From: Candidatus Berkelbacteria bacterium RIFCSPLOWO2_01_FULL_50_28
GTDB taxonomy: Bacteria; Patescibacteriota; UBA1384; 2-12-FULL-50-11
Length of the DNA: 64,000 nucleotides
Assembly: GCA_001774395.1 (NCBI GenBank)
Contig: MEZX01000003.1
Location: forward strand, 9,903 to 73,902
Reading direction: 5' to 3'
How positions within the stretch are numbered: position 1 is the first letter of the stretch; each line of letters begins with the position of its first letter. The position numbers and the translations under genes were made by a program. The notes below the pieces were generated by a model. That model saw only the letters and a list, made by a program, of their open reading frames with translations. It did not search any database and had not been told where the DNA came from. Positions 27,091 through 36,607 of the stretch are shown piece by piece.

Positions 27091-27117
27091 TGGTGGAGGG
27101 TAGAATTGTAGGGAACT

Positions 27118-27189
27118 GCGGGAGTAGTTCATCGGTAGAATGTCTCCTTGCCAAGGAGAAGGCAGCGGGTTCAATTCCCGTCTCCCGCT
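27118..27189 (+). tRNA. tRNA-Gly (GCC)
   Basis: Acceptor gcgggag/ctcccgc, anticodon loop ttgccaa. Confidence 0.8.
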
Positions 27190-27248
27190 CAAAATTTCCC
27201 GTTAATTCGTAGAAAAAGGGCTCTACTACAGGTAAAATACAGACGTTC

Positions 27249-27319
27249 GGCCAGGTGCCCGAGTGGTTAGGGAGCGGTCTGCAAAACCGCGTACAGGGGT
27301 TCGATTCCCCTTCTGGCCT
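27249..27319 (+). tRNA. tRNA-Cys (GCA)
   Basis: Acceptor ggccagg/tctggcc, anticodon loop ctgcaaa. Confidence 0.75.
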
Positions 27320-27493
27320 CACTAGCCGCCAAGGCGGCAATCACCGAATAACCAAATAAACTAATAATCAAAATAAATCCTAGTTAGTATCCTGATTTTG
27401 TTATTCGGAAATTCTTTGAAAATTTGATGATTTGGTTATTTTATAATTCCAAATGGTTGACCGATTCATCTTCTTGGTCTACTATTTGTCAGA

Positions 27494-27709
27494 ATGGCAA
27501 ATTTCTTGCAGGTTACGTTAATCGTTTCCGGCATCCTGCTGATCATCTCGATCCTTCTTCAACACCGCGGTAGCGGTCTTGGTGGGGCATTTGGTGGTGA
27601 GAGCACTTCTTACCGCAGCCGTCGTGGAATTGAGAGCTTGCTTTACCGTCTGACGATCCTGTCCGCGGCGGTATTCCTGGTGGCGGCCATCGCCCGCCTC
27701 TTCGTCTGA
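27494..27709 (+). CDS. secG: preprotein translocase subunit SecG
   Basis: 71 aa. LLQHRGSGLGGAFGG motif and two TM helices. Confidence 0.7.
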   Translation: MANFLQVTLIVSGILLIISILLQHRGSGLGGAFGGESTSYRSRRGIESLLYRLTILSAAVFLVAAIARLFV

Positions 27710-27717
27710 ACCCCACG

Positions 27718-29019
27718 ATGAAAATTCCAAATCTACGTCGAATTTTTCAACGATTAAGTCGACTGGTTTGGGAGTATGAAAAAGTGTTATTGGCACTTCT
27801 CTCGATAGTTATCGTCATATCGGGCACGTTTTGGTATCGACAGTTTGCGTCAACCAGGAGCGATGCGCCCTCTGTTGGCGGGACGGTAATTGTTGGGGTG
27901 ATCGGCGGCCAGGAGGAGTTGCGCTTAATTGCTACCCGCCTAACTAAGGCCGGCTTATTCTCCATCGACCGCGATGGCAAATTGCAAAATCTTCTTGTCT
28001 CTTCCTGGAGTGTGAATCGCGCACAGACGGAGTTCAATTTCAAACTACGACCGAGTGTAAATTTAGATGAGATTTCATCGGCGTTGCAAAGTCAAACTGG
28101 AGTACTCGGTCAGGCCATCGTGAGTACAAGAAAAGGACGTCTAGTTATTAAAGTAAGCGAAAGCAACCCAAGCTTGCCGTTGCTCCTAGCACGGCCTTTT
28201 TTTGACTACGGCTCTTACAAAGTTAGCAACAGTAGTAACACCACCGCGGTTTTTGTGCGCAACACTCGCGAGGATGCTCTGCCGGCCTTTATCAATAAAG
28301 TAGTGGTTCATGCCTATGAGCAAACTGAGGATCTGAATAATGCGCTCAAGAGGCGGCGGTTGGATATCGCAACGAGCAGTGAGGGGATTGAACAACCAAG
28401 CGGTTACACTACTTACAACGCCAATCTAAGCCGTTACTACGCTCTCCTGTTTAATACGAATCGTTTCTCACTGCGCGACTCGGCACTCAGGCAGCGTCTT
28501 ATCCAAAAGAAAAAGCCTCTCAATACAGCAATATTCTCGCTCATCTCGCCCGATCAGCAGCCGCAGAGGACATTGGCAGAGGCTTTGGTCTCGCGGTGGA
28601 AACTCCTTGGCGCAAAGGTAAACCTCAGCCTAAAGCCGCAAGATGAGATCGCGACAGGTATCGCTCCGGCTCGCAACTTTGACGCCATGGTTATCGGGCT
28701 CGACTACGGTTTTGAGCTGGATCCGTACTACTTCTGGCATTCCTCGCAGCTTCGCATTATGGGTAATAATTTTTCTGGACTTAACAGCCCCCAGATTGAT
28801 AAGACGCTTGCAAAGATACGCCAGAGTTTGAACGCCAGTACTCGTCGCAACCTCCTCATTCAGCTTCATAGCGAGATTCGTCGCCAGGCCGCCGGGAGAA
28901 TCCTCCAACAAGAGAGCGTGAAATTTGTCGTATCGTCGGGGGTGAGGTTCGTTCCGCCGTTTTTGGCTTCAACGACCGCGGATATCTTCCAAGCCCTGCC
29001 GCTTTGGTCGGTGAAGTAG
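27718..29019 (+). CDS. membrane-anchored protein with a solute-binding-protein family 5-like region (hypothetical)
   Basis: N-terminal TM helix. DYGFELDPYYFWHSSQ is SBP_bac_5-like. Confidence 0.45.
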   Translation: MKIPNLRRIFQRLSRLVWEYEKVLLALLSIVIVISGTFWYRQFASTRSDAPSVGGTVIVGVIGGQEELRLIATRLTKAGLFSIDRDGKLQNLLVSSWSVNRAQTEFNFKLRPSVNLDEISSALQSQTGVLGQAIVSTRKGRLVIKVSESNPSLPLLLARPFFDYGSYKVSNSSNTTAVFVRNTREDALPAFINKVVVHAYEQTEDLNNALKRRRLDIATSSEGIEQPSGYTTYNANLSRYYALLFNTNRFSLRDSALRQRLIQKKKPLNTAIFSLISPDQQPQRTLAEALVSRWKLLGAKVNLSLKPQDEIATGIAPARNFDAMVIGLDYGFELDPYYFWHSSQLRIMGNNFSGLNSPQIDKTLAKIRQSLNASTRRNLLIQLHSEIRRQAAGRILQQESVKFVVSSGVRFVPPFLASTTADIFQALPLWSVK

Positions 29020-29118
29020 TGAAAAACCGTTCTTAACTGGTATAATTAGCTGTGTCCATTGCCCGGATGGCGAAATCTCCCTATTGGTTGAATTCGCCAC
29101 CCGGAAAGAAGAGCCATT

Positions 29119-29201
29119 GCCCGGATGGCGAAATGGTAGACGCGCACGCTTCAGGTGCGTGTGAGCGTAAGCTCATGGAGGTTCAAGTCCTCTTCCGGGC
29201 A
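29119..29201 (+). tRNA. tRNA-Leu (CAG)
   Basis: Acceptor gcccgga/tccgggc, anticodon loop ttcaggt, long variable arm. Confidence 0.8.
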
Positions 29202-29204
29202 CGA

Positions 29205-29288
29205 GCGCGAGTGCTGTAATTGGTAGCCAGGCATCCTTGAGGTGGATGTGGGGGTAACCCCGTGGAGGTTCAAGTCCTCTCTCGCGCA
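29205..29288 (+). tRNA. tRNA-Leu (GAG)
   Basis: Acceptor gcgcgag/ctcgcgc, anticodon loop ttgaggt, long variable arm. It lies 3 nt after the previous tRNA. Confidence 0.75.
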
Positions 29289-29316
29289 CAGATCGAAAAA
29301 ATAGGGCTGTAAAGCC

Positions 29317-29345
29317 TTGAAAAAGTAATCATACTGTAGTAAGAT
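29317..29345 (+). promoter_or_regulatory. sigma70-like promoter candidate (TTGAAA-17-TAAGAT) for the maoC-like gene
   Basis: The hexamers are spaced 17 nt apart, and AGGAG lies upstream of the 29380 ATG. Confidence 0.3.
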
Positions 29346-29379
29346 TCGCCCAGTTCCTTAGGAGCTAAGGAGTAGCATA

Positions 29380-29772
29380 ATGGTTTTCAAAACCGTAACT
29401 CCCGAGATGATTGAGGCATTTGCCGAAATCTCGGGGGATCGCAACCGCCTGCACTTCGATGACGTGTTTGCCAAGAAGACTTTGAACGGAAAGTGCAACG
29501 GTCGGATCGCCCACGGCGCATTGATCTTTGCCTTACTCAGCGGTTACATCGCCCATGAGTTTGGCGATGGCACCACGGTCCGCAAGGCCGAGTGCTGTTT
29601 CAAACTGCCTTTCGAGCCGGGTGACGGTGCGGGCTTCTCTCACACCATTGTTGCTTCCCGAACAGTAGGATCGGCCGTGCTCGCTGACGTTGAGGTAAGC
29701 GTCGTCAGACAGCGCGGTGGAGTTGAAGAGGTTGTTGGCAAGACGGCACTCGTGCTCTTGCAGCCTCTCTAG
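29380..29772 (+). CDS. MaoC-like (R)-specific enoyl-CoA hydratase / hot-dog fold dehydratase
   Basis: NRLHFDDVFAK...GRIAHG hydratase motif. Confidence 0.7.
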   Translation: MVFKTVTPEMIEAFAEISGDRNRLHFDDVFAKKTLNGKCNGRIAHGALIFALLSGYIAHEFGDGTTVRKAECCFKLPFEPGDGAGFSHTIVASRTVGSAVLADVEVSVVRQRGGVEEVVGKTALVLLQPL

Positions 29773-29791
29773 CCCCCGGCAGCTTCCAATC

Positions 29792-29832
29792 AGTGCCGCG
29801 GTGGATGTTCCACCTCGGCACTTCTTTATATA
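29792..29832 (+). terminator. rho-independent terminator
   Basis: 14-bp imperfect stem agtgccgcggtgga/tccacctcggcact, then ttctttatata. Confidence 0.6.
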
Positions 29833-29865
29833 CCAAGAAAAATTAGCTAAAATACTTTAGTAGTT

Positions 29866-29937
29866 ACGCCGAAGTAGCTCAGTGGTAGAGCACGCCCCTG
29901 AAGAGGGTGGTGTCGTCAGTTCGATTCTGACCTTCGG
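29866..29937 (+). tRNA. tRNA-Phe (GAA)
   Basis: Acceptor gccgaag/cttcggc, anticodon loop ctgaaga. Confidence 0.8.
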
Positions 29938-29954
29938 CACGACATAATCAAAAA

Positions 29955-30509
29955 ATGTATAAAGAAGTTGAGATAAAAGCAAAATTAACCGATCCAGCCA
30001 AAACCCTAAAACTTTTAGCGAATTTTGGCATTGAGTTTGGCCCGCCTATCCACCAACACGATAAAATATTTTCTCCTCGCGATCTTGAAGACTTCGGAGC
30101 ATTTCATCAAGGCATAAGTTTTCTCCGTGTTCGACGACAAGACGACGACGCCTTTTTCACCCTCAAGAAATCTGAATTAAATGAGCTGGAAAGTACAGAA
30201 ATCGAGACGAAAGTTAGTGACCCCGAAGCAACCGAGAATATTATCCGCGAAGTTGGGTATGTGTTCTCGACAGAAGTTCGCAAAACTCGCCGCAAAGCCA
30301 AGCACAACGACACCGAGCTATGCTATGACGAGGTGGAGGATCTGGGTACGTTCATCGAACTGGAGCGGATTATGGAAATGGGCAGCGACGTCGAGAAAGC
30401 CCAAGGCGAGTTGTTCGAATTCTTGAAACAATTTGGGGTGGACGAGGCCGATAGAGTCACCAAGGGCTACGACACACTAATGCTTACTCTGGCCGACAGC
30501 AAACAATGA
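29955..30509 (+). CDS. cyaB: CYTH-domain protein / class IV adenylyl cyclase (CyaB-like)
   Basis: N-terminal EVEIKAKL (E-x-E-x-K), CYTH fold length. Confidence 0.65.
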   Translation: MYKEVEIKAKLTDPAKTLKLLANFGIEFGPPIHQHDKIFSPRDLEDFGAFHQGISFLRVRRQDDDAFFTLKKSELNELESTEIETKVSDPEATENIIREVGYVFSTEVRKTRRKAKHNDTELCYDEVEDLGTFIELERIMEMGSDVEKAQGELFEFLKQFGVDEADRVTKGYDTLMLTLADSKQ

Positions 30510-30829
30510 TCACTATCGAAGACTTTCAAAAATTAGACATTCGCATCGGCACGATAAAAAGCGCCGAGCGGCTTGAGGACTCAAAAAGACTCCTGAAGCT
30601 AACTGTCGACTTTGGCGATGAGACACGAACGATTCTAGCCGGCATTAGCAAAACCGTGGAAGACCCTGAAACGCTGGTCGGTAAACAGTCACCTTTTCTC
30701 TTTAATCTTGAACCGAAAGAATTAGCTGGCGTCACCAGCGAAGGAATGATGCTCTGCGCTTCCAGCGATGATGCCCCCGTTATGCTGTCTCCAGTAACCG
30801 AAGTGAAACCAGGCAGTCAAATTTCATGA
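30506..30829 (+). CDS. tRNA-binding protein (CsaA/Trbp111-like, EMAP/Myf domain)
   Basis: LDIRIGTI...ETRTILAGI...EGMML motif. Confidence 0.7.
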   Translation: MITIEDFQKLDIRIGTIKSAERLEDSKRLLKLTVDFGDETRTILAGISKTVEDPETLVGKQSPFLFNLEPKELAGVTSEGMMLCASSDDAPVMLSPVTEVKPGSQIS

Positions 30830-31314
30830 CAGAATTTTTCACGAGCCGATTTGCTACTATCGATAACTATTTCCAAACCCAGCATTTTTGGGACACGGGC
30901 TGGAAGAATCTCTTTTCGTGGAGTTTTTGGAGCGAAGGCGCTCCATCGCCAGATTCGCAGTACTATCTATTCACCGCGATACTACTGGTGCTCTCAGTTG
31001 GATTACTTATTTTTTGGCGAGTAAGAATAAAAAAAGCCCACAAAATTACCCCCGTTTTCCAGCTTCCGTTAGCCCAATTGGCCAACATTATCGCGTTCGT
31101 GATAATTATCGGCATTACCTATTACTTCTTTCGCTCTCAGGGCATCGTTTACCTGTCGAGCCGCTTGGTAGTCCTACTCTCGCTGATTGTTGCAGCCCTG
31201 TGGTTAGGCTGGGTGGCAATCTATTTGAAGAGGGTCGCTCCGCGCAAACAATCTCAGTACCTTGAACAAGAGCGCTTTTTCAGGTATATTCCATCAAAGA
31301 GGAAGAATAAATGA
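30826..31314 (+). CDS. hypothetical membrane protein
   Basis: 3-4 TM helices. Confidence 0.45.
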   Translation: MTEFFTSRFATIDNYFQTQHFWDTGWKNLFSWSFWSEGAPSPDSQYYLFTAILLVLSVGLLIFWRVRIKKAHKITPVFQLPLAQLANIIAFVIIIGITYYFFRSQGIVYLSSRLVVLLSLIVAALWLGWVAIYLKRVAPRKQSQYLEQERFFRYIPSKRKNK

Positions 31315-32426
31315 GCAGCCCAACATCCACAACTAAAACCCCCACAACCATGGCCGAGCTCGTCGAGCTACTCGGCGACAAGCTAATTCCATTTACTGAT
31401 GGCGATGTCATCGACGTTATCATTCTTTCCACTTCTAAAGATTCAATTATGGTTGATGTTGCCGGCCTGGCGACAGGCATCATTCCCGAAAAAGAGTTCT
31501 CCGCCGAAGCCACCCGTTTGAAAGCCGGCGACAAGGTACGAGCCTACGTAATGACGGCTGAAAATGATAAGGGTTACGCCATTCTCTCGTTGAAACGCGC
31601 CGAAAAAGAAAAGCTGTGGAACATGCTCGAAGCCCGCAATACGACCGGTGAGATTATCGCCGTCAAAATTGTTCAAGCCAATAAGGGTGGGCTGGTTGCT
31701 GAGTACGGCAACATGCAAGGCTTCATTCCGGTAAGCCAGCTTTCCGCCAAACACTACCCTCGTGTGAACGGCGACCGCGCTAAGATTAAAGAAAAGCTTG
31801 AAGAACTCATCGGCCAAAGCATTGAAGTAAAAATTATGAGTTACGACCGTGGCAGTAACAAGATCGTATTTTCAGAGAAAGCCGTCGGCGACGCCGATCA
31901 AGAAGAGAAGGCGAAACAGTTCACGATCGGCCAACACGTTAAAGGTAAAGTAACCGGCATCGTAGATTTCGGTCTCTTTGTCGACATCGGCGAGATGGAA
32001 GCCTTGGTTCACATCTCTCAGGTTTCCTGGCAGCGCGTTACCAACCTTAAAGAAAACTTCCAGGTTGGCCAGGAAATCGAAGCAGAAGTAGTTAATGTAG
32101 AAGGCAGCCGTGTTTCACTTTCAATCAAAAAGCTTCAGGCCGACCCATGGCAGAGCGAAGTGAAGAACTTTGAAGCCGGTACACTAGTGAAAGGCGAGAT
32201 TGTGACCGTGACGCCGTACGGGGCGTTTGTAAAATTGTCAGAAAATATGGTCGGACTTTTCCGCACGACAGCGCCAGCTGAGGGCGAAGAGGCGCAAGCG
32301 CCTGTTGTAGAAGGTAAAACCTACGACTTCGAAATTGTCTCTATCGAGCCGGAGCTGCGGAAGATCTCCCTGAAGTTGGCTGAGAGTAAAGCAAAACCGC
32401 AGAAAAATGCTAAATCTAAAAAGTAA
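31311..32426 (+). CDS. rpsA: 30S ribosomal protein S1 (four S1 domains)
   Basis: Repeated S1 motifs (G.V..I...G.FV.....G..H.S). Confidence 0.8.
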   Translation: MSSPTSTTKTPTTMAELVELLGDKLIPFTDGDVIDVIILSTSKDSIMVDVAGLATGIIPEKEFSAEATRLKAGDKVRAYVMTAENDKGYAILSLKRAEKEKLWNMLEARNTTGEIIAVKIVQANKGGLVAEYGNMQGFIPVSQLSAKHYPRVNGDRAKIKEKLEELIGQSIEVKIMSYDRGSNKIVFSEKAVGDADQEEKAKQFTIGQHVKGKVTGIVDFGLFVDIGEMEALVHISQVSWQRVTNLKENFQVGQEIEAEVVNVEGSRVSLSIKKLQADPWQSEVKNFEAGTLVKGEIVTVTPYGAFVKLSENMVGLFRTTAPAEGEEAQAPVVEGKTYDFEIVSIEPELRKISLKLAESKAKPQKNAKSKK

Positions 32427-32862
32427 CTCGAACGGTTTCGAAATAAAGGGTACGGAAAAACTGCTTTTGACTGGCTCGAAACTTTCTCTGGGCGATCTAG
32501 AAGTTTCTTCTCCCGGCGAATACGAACGTGGCGGCGTGGAGATTATTTACGGTCAGTCAGCGTCTTTAATTGTTTGGGAGCGCCTGGAAATAGTTTATGT
32601 TTTTTCAGGAGATAAACCATCAGGTTTTGAAAAGGGACAGTTTTCGCCCTGCGATATTTTAATTATTGACGGTGAAGCAACAAAAATGGAAAAGGCTCAG
32701 GTGAACGAGCTGCTCGAGACGTACGACCCAAATATGGTAGTTTTCCGCGCCTCGCACGTACCTACCGGAATCGACGCAAGCAAAAGCGAACCAGTTGAAT
32801 TACTGAAGCTAAGCGCTCAAACGCTTCCTTCGGAGGGGAGAGAGATCGTTGTTCTGACATGA
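32407..32862 (+). CDS. hypothetical protein
   Basis: 151 aa, coupled to rpsA. No confident domain. Confidence 0.35.
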   Translation: MLNLKSNSNGFEIKGTEKLLLTGSKLSLGDLEVSSPGEYERGGVEIIYGQSASLIVWERLEIVYVFSGDKPSGFEKGQFSPCDILIIDGEATKMEKAQVNELLETYDPNMVVFRASHVPTGIDASKSEPVELLKLSAQTLPSEGREIVVLT

Positions 32863-33800
32863 GCCCGGAAGCCGACGTTTCACGGCTTGTCAGTAGCGCC
32901 CGCCAAATCAATATAATTGTCCACCGTAATCCCGACGGTGATTCGCTTGGCTCCGCTCTTGCCCTGAAGCAAGCCTTCCCAAAAAAGAATATTCGATTGT
33001 TCTGTAAAAGTCCGATACCTTCCGTATTCACTGCAATCTTGGGCCCAATTGAGACAGCCGAACGGCTGGAAAACGCTGACCTGATAATGGTCGTGGACTG
33101 TTCGGAGTTGCATCACACCGGTTACGCCCAAGAGCTACCAAACGCCACCAAATCTGGCTCGCCGCTGGTTGTGATTGATCATCATCGGCAAGGGAACTTA
33201 GTTAAATTAGCCGCGTTTAACTGGTGCGACAGCACCGCATCGACAACAGCCGAACTGGTTAGTCAGCTCCTAGGTAATATGCGTATCGCTTTAAACGCCG
33301 AAATTGCGACTTCCTTGCTACTTGGACTCTACACTGACACCGGCGGTTTCCAGCACCCAAACACCAACAGCGCCACATTACGTCTGGCGGGTCACCTGAT
33401 CGGATGCGGGGCAAAATTACAACAGATCACTGAAAGCCTGGCCGCAAGGCGTAGCTTAATTCAAACAAAACTTTGGGGATATGCCATGAATACCGTTGAA
33501 ATCGATAAAAAAGGGCTGGCCTCGGCAAGGATAAGCCGTCAAACCATGAAAGACCTTGGCGCTGGCGCTGAGGATGCGGCAGGATTGGCCAACTTACTCT
33601 GCCTAACTAACGAGGCACGAGCATCGTTAGTCTTGGTGGAAACCGACTCCGGCTGGCGGGGAACGTTACGGACACGACACAAAGATATGAATATGCACGA
33701 GCTGGCGACGCTCTTCAACGGCAAGGGAACACGGCGAAGTGCCGGTTTCTTAGCGACAAACGAGCTAATTTTAGGTAAAATATTGGACGAGCCAGTGTAA
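32859..33800 (+). CDS. DHH-family phosphoesterase (NrnA-like)
   Basis: HRNPDGDSLGS, DHH and GGH motifs. Confidence 0.75.
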   Translation: MSPEADVSRLVSSARQINIIVHRNPDGDSLGSALALKQAFPKKNIRLFCKSPIPSVFTAILGPIETAERLENADLIMVVDCSELHHTGYAQELPNATKSGSPLVVIDHHRQGNLVKLAAFNWCDSTASTTAELVSQLLGNMRIALNAEIATSLLLGLYTDTGGFQHPNTNSATLRLAGHLIGCGAKLQQITESLAARRSLIQTKLWGYAMNTVEIDKKGLASARISRQTMKDLGAGAEDAAGLANLLCLTNEARASLVLVETDSGWRGTLRTRHKDMNMHELATLFNGKGTRRSAGFLATNELILGKILDEPV

Positions 33801-33806
33801 AAATTG

Positions 33807-33889
33807 GCCGGGGTGTTGGAATGGTAGACAATAGTGACTTAAAATCACTTGCTCGTAAGAGCGTGCGGGTTCGAGTCCCGCCCCCGGCA
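33807..33889 (+). tRNA. tRNA-Leu (TAA)
   Basis: Acceptor gccgggg/ccccggc, anticodon loop cttaaaa, long variable arm. Confidence 0.8.
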
Positions 33890-33981
33890 CGACCGATTGG
33901 GGTTCGACTGCGAGCCGTCCTAGGCGGCGAGAAGTTGGAGTTCACTGAAAGTGGACGGAAAATCCCCACCTCGGGCACAGA

Positions 33982-34053
33982 GGGCAGTTAGCTCAGTGGT
34001 AGAGCGTCTCGTTTACACCGAGAGGGTCGTAGGTTCGAATCCTACACTGCCCA
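33982..34053 (+). tRNA. tRNA-Val (TAC)
   Basis: Acceptor gggcagt/actgccc, anticodon loop tttacac. Confidence 0.8.
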
Positions 34054-34063
34054 CTTTTTTCAC

Positions 34064-35212
34064 TCACGGACTTCCATCCGAGCGAACCAGTTTCTCGAAT
34101 ACCGATATCTGGCGGTTGAGCATTAGCTTGATGGAAAAATTATCTTCGACGAATTTTTTGGCTTTGACGGCGAACCTCTTTTTCGCCGATTCGTTGGCTA
34201 AAGCATCTTCCAGCTCGACGGCATACTTGTTTTCGTCACGCACCACAACTGCCAAACTGTCCGGATAAACTTCCGGCTGAATCGGGGAGTCGAGCGCCAC
34301 CACCGGAGTTCCGGCCAACATAGCCTCGCCGATCACCAGACCCTGCGTTTCGGTTTGCGAAGCAAAGACAAACGCATCACTCCCGCCGTAAATACGCTGG
34401 GTATCTTCTTTTGGTAGCGGGCCGGTGCAAATTACTTGGTTCTCAACGCCAAGCGATTTCGCATCCGCCATCGCTTCGTCCAAATCACCGGGTCCCACCA
34501 ATAACAAAACTGCGGTTTTTTGCCGCAATACCGGCGCACACATCGTTAACAACTTGGTGATATTCTTTTCTTTCGAAACCCGACCGACATAAAGCAAGAT
34601 TTTTGACGCCGGGCTGAAATGAAACCGCGCCGCCAGTTCCAAGCGAGAAAAATTATTACTTGGCATCGAAATGCCCGTAGGAATAACATAAATCTGTTTT
34701 TTGACGCCGTAAGCCGCTAGTCGTTTCGCAATAACTTTGCTTGGGGTAATTACAGCGTTCATCGCGTTAGCGACAGTTTTGGAGCGATGCGCCATCACCC
34801 GAGCACCAGCCTCGCCAGCGTAAAGTCGGCCGTACTCCTCAACCATAGTATGATAGGTAAGAACTCTCGCCTTCTTAGAGCGTTTCATCAGTCGTTCAAA
34901 AGCATTCTCCGACCAGGTAAGGGTGTGTAACCAGAAAGCGTCCGGCTCAAAACGAGAGATGAGGTCTGCAAACTCACCCGCCGCGGCAGCGCCAAACATC
35001 CGTTCCTTCTTATGCATCGCCGAGAGAAACCAGCGACTAATCGGCGAGGCAACGATAGGATGGTGCTCTGGCCGGACTTGGCCCATAGCGTAGCGTGGCG
35101 CGACGATCGCTATCTCATGTCCGGCACGAACGAATCCATCGACACTTGTGTTGATTGACGTTGTAACGCCGTTTGCCAGCGGATAGGTTAACGACCCCAC
35201 CAGAATTTTCAT
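34064..35212 (-). CDS. glycosyltransferase family 4
   Basis: The C-terminal E-x7-E region (GLVIGEAMLAGTPVVA) is typical of GT4. Confidence 0.75.
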   Translation of the reverse strand: MKILVGSLTYPLANGVTTSINTSVDGFVRAGHEIAIVAPRYAMGQVRPEHHPIVASPISRWFLSAMHKKERMFGAAAAGEFADLISRFEPDAFWLHTLTWSENAFERLMKRSKKARVLTYHTMVEEYGRLYAGEAGARVMAHRSKTVANAMNAVITPSKVIAKRLAAYGVKKQIYVIPTGISMPSNNFSRLELAARFHFSPASKILLYVGRVSKEKNITKLLTMCAPVLRQKTAVLLLVGPGDLDEAMADAKSLGVENQVICTGPLPKEDTQRIYGGSDAFVFASQTETQGLVIGEAMLAGTPVVALDSPIQPEVYPDSLAVVVRDENKYAVELEDALANESAKKRFAVKAKKFVEDNFSIKLMLNRQISVFEKLVRSDGSP

Positions 35213-35218
35213 ATCTTT

Positions 35219-36241
35219 TTAGGACTTTCGCGAGGAGCCGAACGTGTGACGAATAACTTGCCAATCTTCAGCAATCACGGAGATTACTGCCGCCATCGGT
35301 ACACCGAGCAAGATACCCATTAAGCCGTAGAGCTTGCCGCCAACCAGAATCGCCAGAATAACGATAAATGGATTTAGGCCAACGGCTTTGGACATGACTT
35401 TCGGAACGATAATATTACCTTCAAGCTGTTGCACGATAATGTACACTATCAAAACCAAAAACCCCTGGAGCGGTGAGGCCACCAAACCGACAATTACACC
35501 CGGAATTGCGCCGAGCCACGGACCCAGAATTGGCACAACTTCGGTTAATCCAGCCCAAACGCCAAGGGAGAGAGCGTAATCTGACCCAACAATAAGCAAA
35601 CCAAGCGTGATTAATACCCCGACAATTAGCATTAGTAGCAGCTGTCCCCGTACCCACGAGCCGAGTTTTCCGGTAATTTTACGCGTTGTCTCGGCTAGCG
35701 CTCCGTGCCATTCGGCTGGCAGAATTCCCTTGTAAATTCTCCTCAGGCCGTCCTCTTCCAGCAACAGGTAGAAACTCAGGACAATCACTGTAATTACCGC
35801 CACTACACCGCTCACAACTCCCACAGTTCTCGTGAAAAGGAATTCGCCGATATTGCTTAAGTAACTCGAGATTTGGTTGATGTTTCTTACGGCCACGTCA
35901 GCCATCGACGACAGGAAACCAGACGGCTGTTGCGATAGCTTCTCGGTATAGGCTGGCAAATTAGCGCTGAATTGCTGCAACTGATCGATAAACGGCGGAA
36001 TAATCAGCGAGAAAATCATCCCGAGCAGGACGAAAATAATTACAAAAACGGAAACGACTGCTCCAGGACGGGTGATGGTTTTGGCCCATCGATCAACGGT
36101 GGGAGACAGACCGGCAACGATGATTAGGACCAAGAATAACAGCACCAACACATCGCGAATGGCAAAGAGAAACCAAACGCCTAGTAAAAACAGGGCTATT
36201 CGAACCAGAGTCGAAGTGGATATCTCTATTTTCGTTGTCAT
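35219..36241 (-). CDS. AI-2E family transporter (PerM/UPF0118)
   Basis: 340 aa with 7-8 TM helices and the family topology. Confidence 0.7.
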   Translation of the reverse strand: MTTKIEISTSTLVRIALFLLGVWFLFAIRDVLVLLFLVLIIVAGLSPTVDRWAKTITRPGAVVSVFVIIFVLLGMIFSLIIPPFIDQLQQFSANLPAYTEKLSQQPSGFLSSMADVAVRNINQISSYLSNIGEFLFTRTVGVVSGVVAVITVIVLSFYLLLEEDGLRRIYKGILPAEWHGALAETTRKITGKLGSWVRGQLLLMLIVGVLITLGLLIVGSDYALSLGVWAGLTEVVPILGPWLGAIPGVIVGLVASPLQGFLVLIVYIIVQQLEGNIIVPKVMSKAVGLNPFIVILAILVGGKLYGLMGILLGVPMAAVISVIAEDWQVIRHTFGSSRKS

Positions 36242-36299
36242 TAGCTTTAGTGTAGAAGAAAACGCGTTGCAGTCAAACTACTGTCGGGTCCTGTGAGCT

Positions 36300-36375
36300 T
36301 GGTCGGGGATGCCAGACTCGAACTGGCGGCCTCCGCGTCCCAAACGCGGCGCGCTACCAACTGCGCCAATCCCCG
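36300..36375 (-). tRNA. tRNA-Pro (TGG), CCA encoded
   Basis: Reverse complement: acceptor cggggat/atccccg, anticodon loop tttggga, T-arm gccagttcgagtctggc, 3' CCA. Confidence 0.8.
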
Positions 36376-36607
36376 GCCAAGCTCACGATCATCAGCAGGC
36401 GCGCTTCCTGGGCTCGACCGTCGTAAGTATACGACAGGGTCTCGCCCGCCTCAACGAATCGAAGCAAAGCAGTTTGCTTCTTATTACCGTTTCGGCCCAA
36501 CTGCCCGCCCGCAACGCCAGCAAGCTTGTCTTGCGTGGCGGGCGCGGCGCCACACCCCGAAGAGCTCTATCTTACCTGAATTCAAGAGAAAATGGAGGGG
36601 CTAGACT

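Noticed and set aside
26545-27340. Stack of overlapping ORFs of 60-180 aa on both strands
   Set aside because: Mutually overlapping frames in a GC-rich stretch that also contains two tRNAs and a structured repeat. No RBS, and the translations are low-complexity (Arg/Pro/Gly-rich). These are typical GC artefacts.
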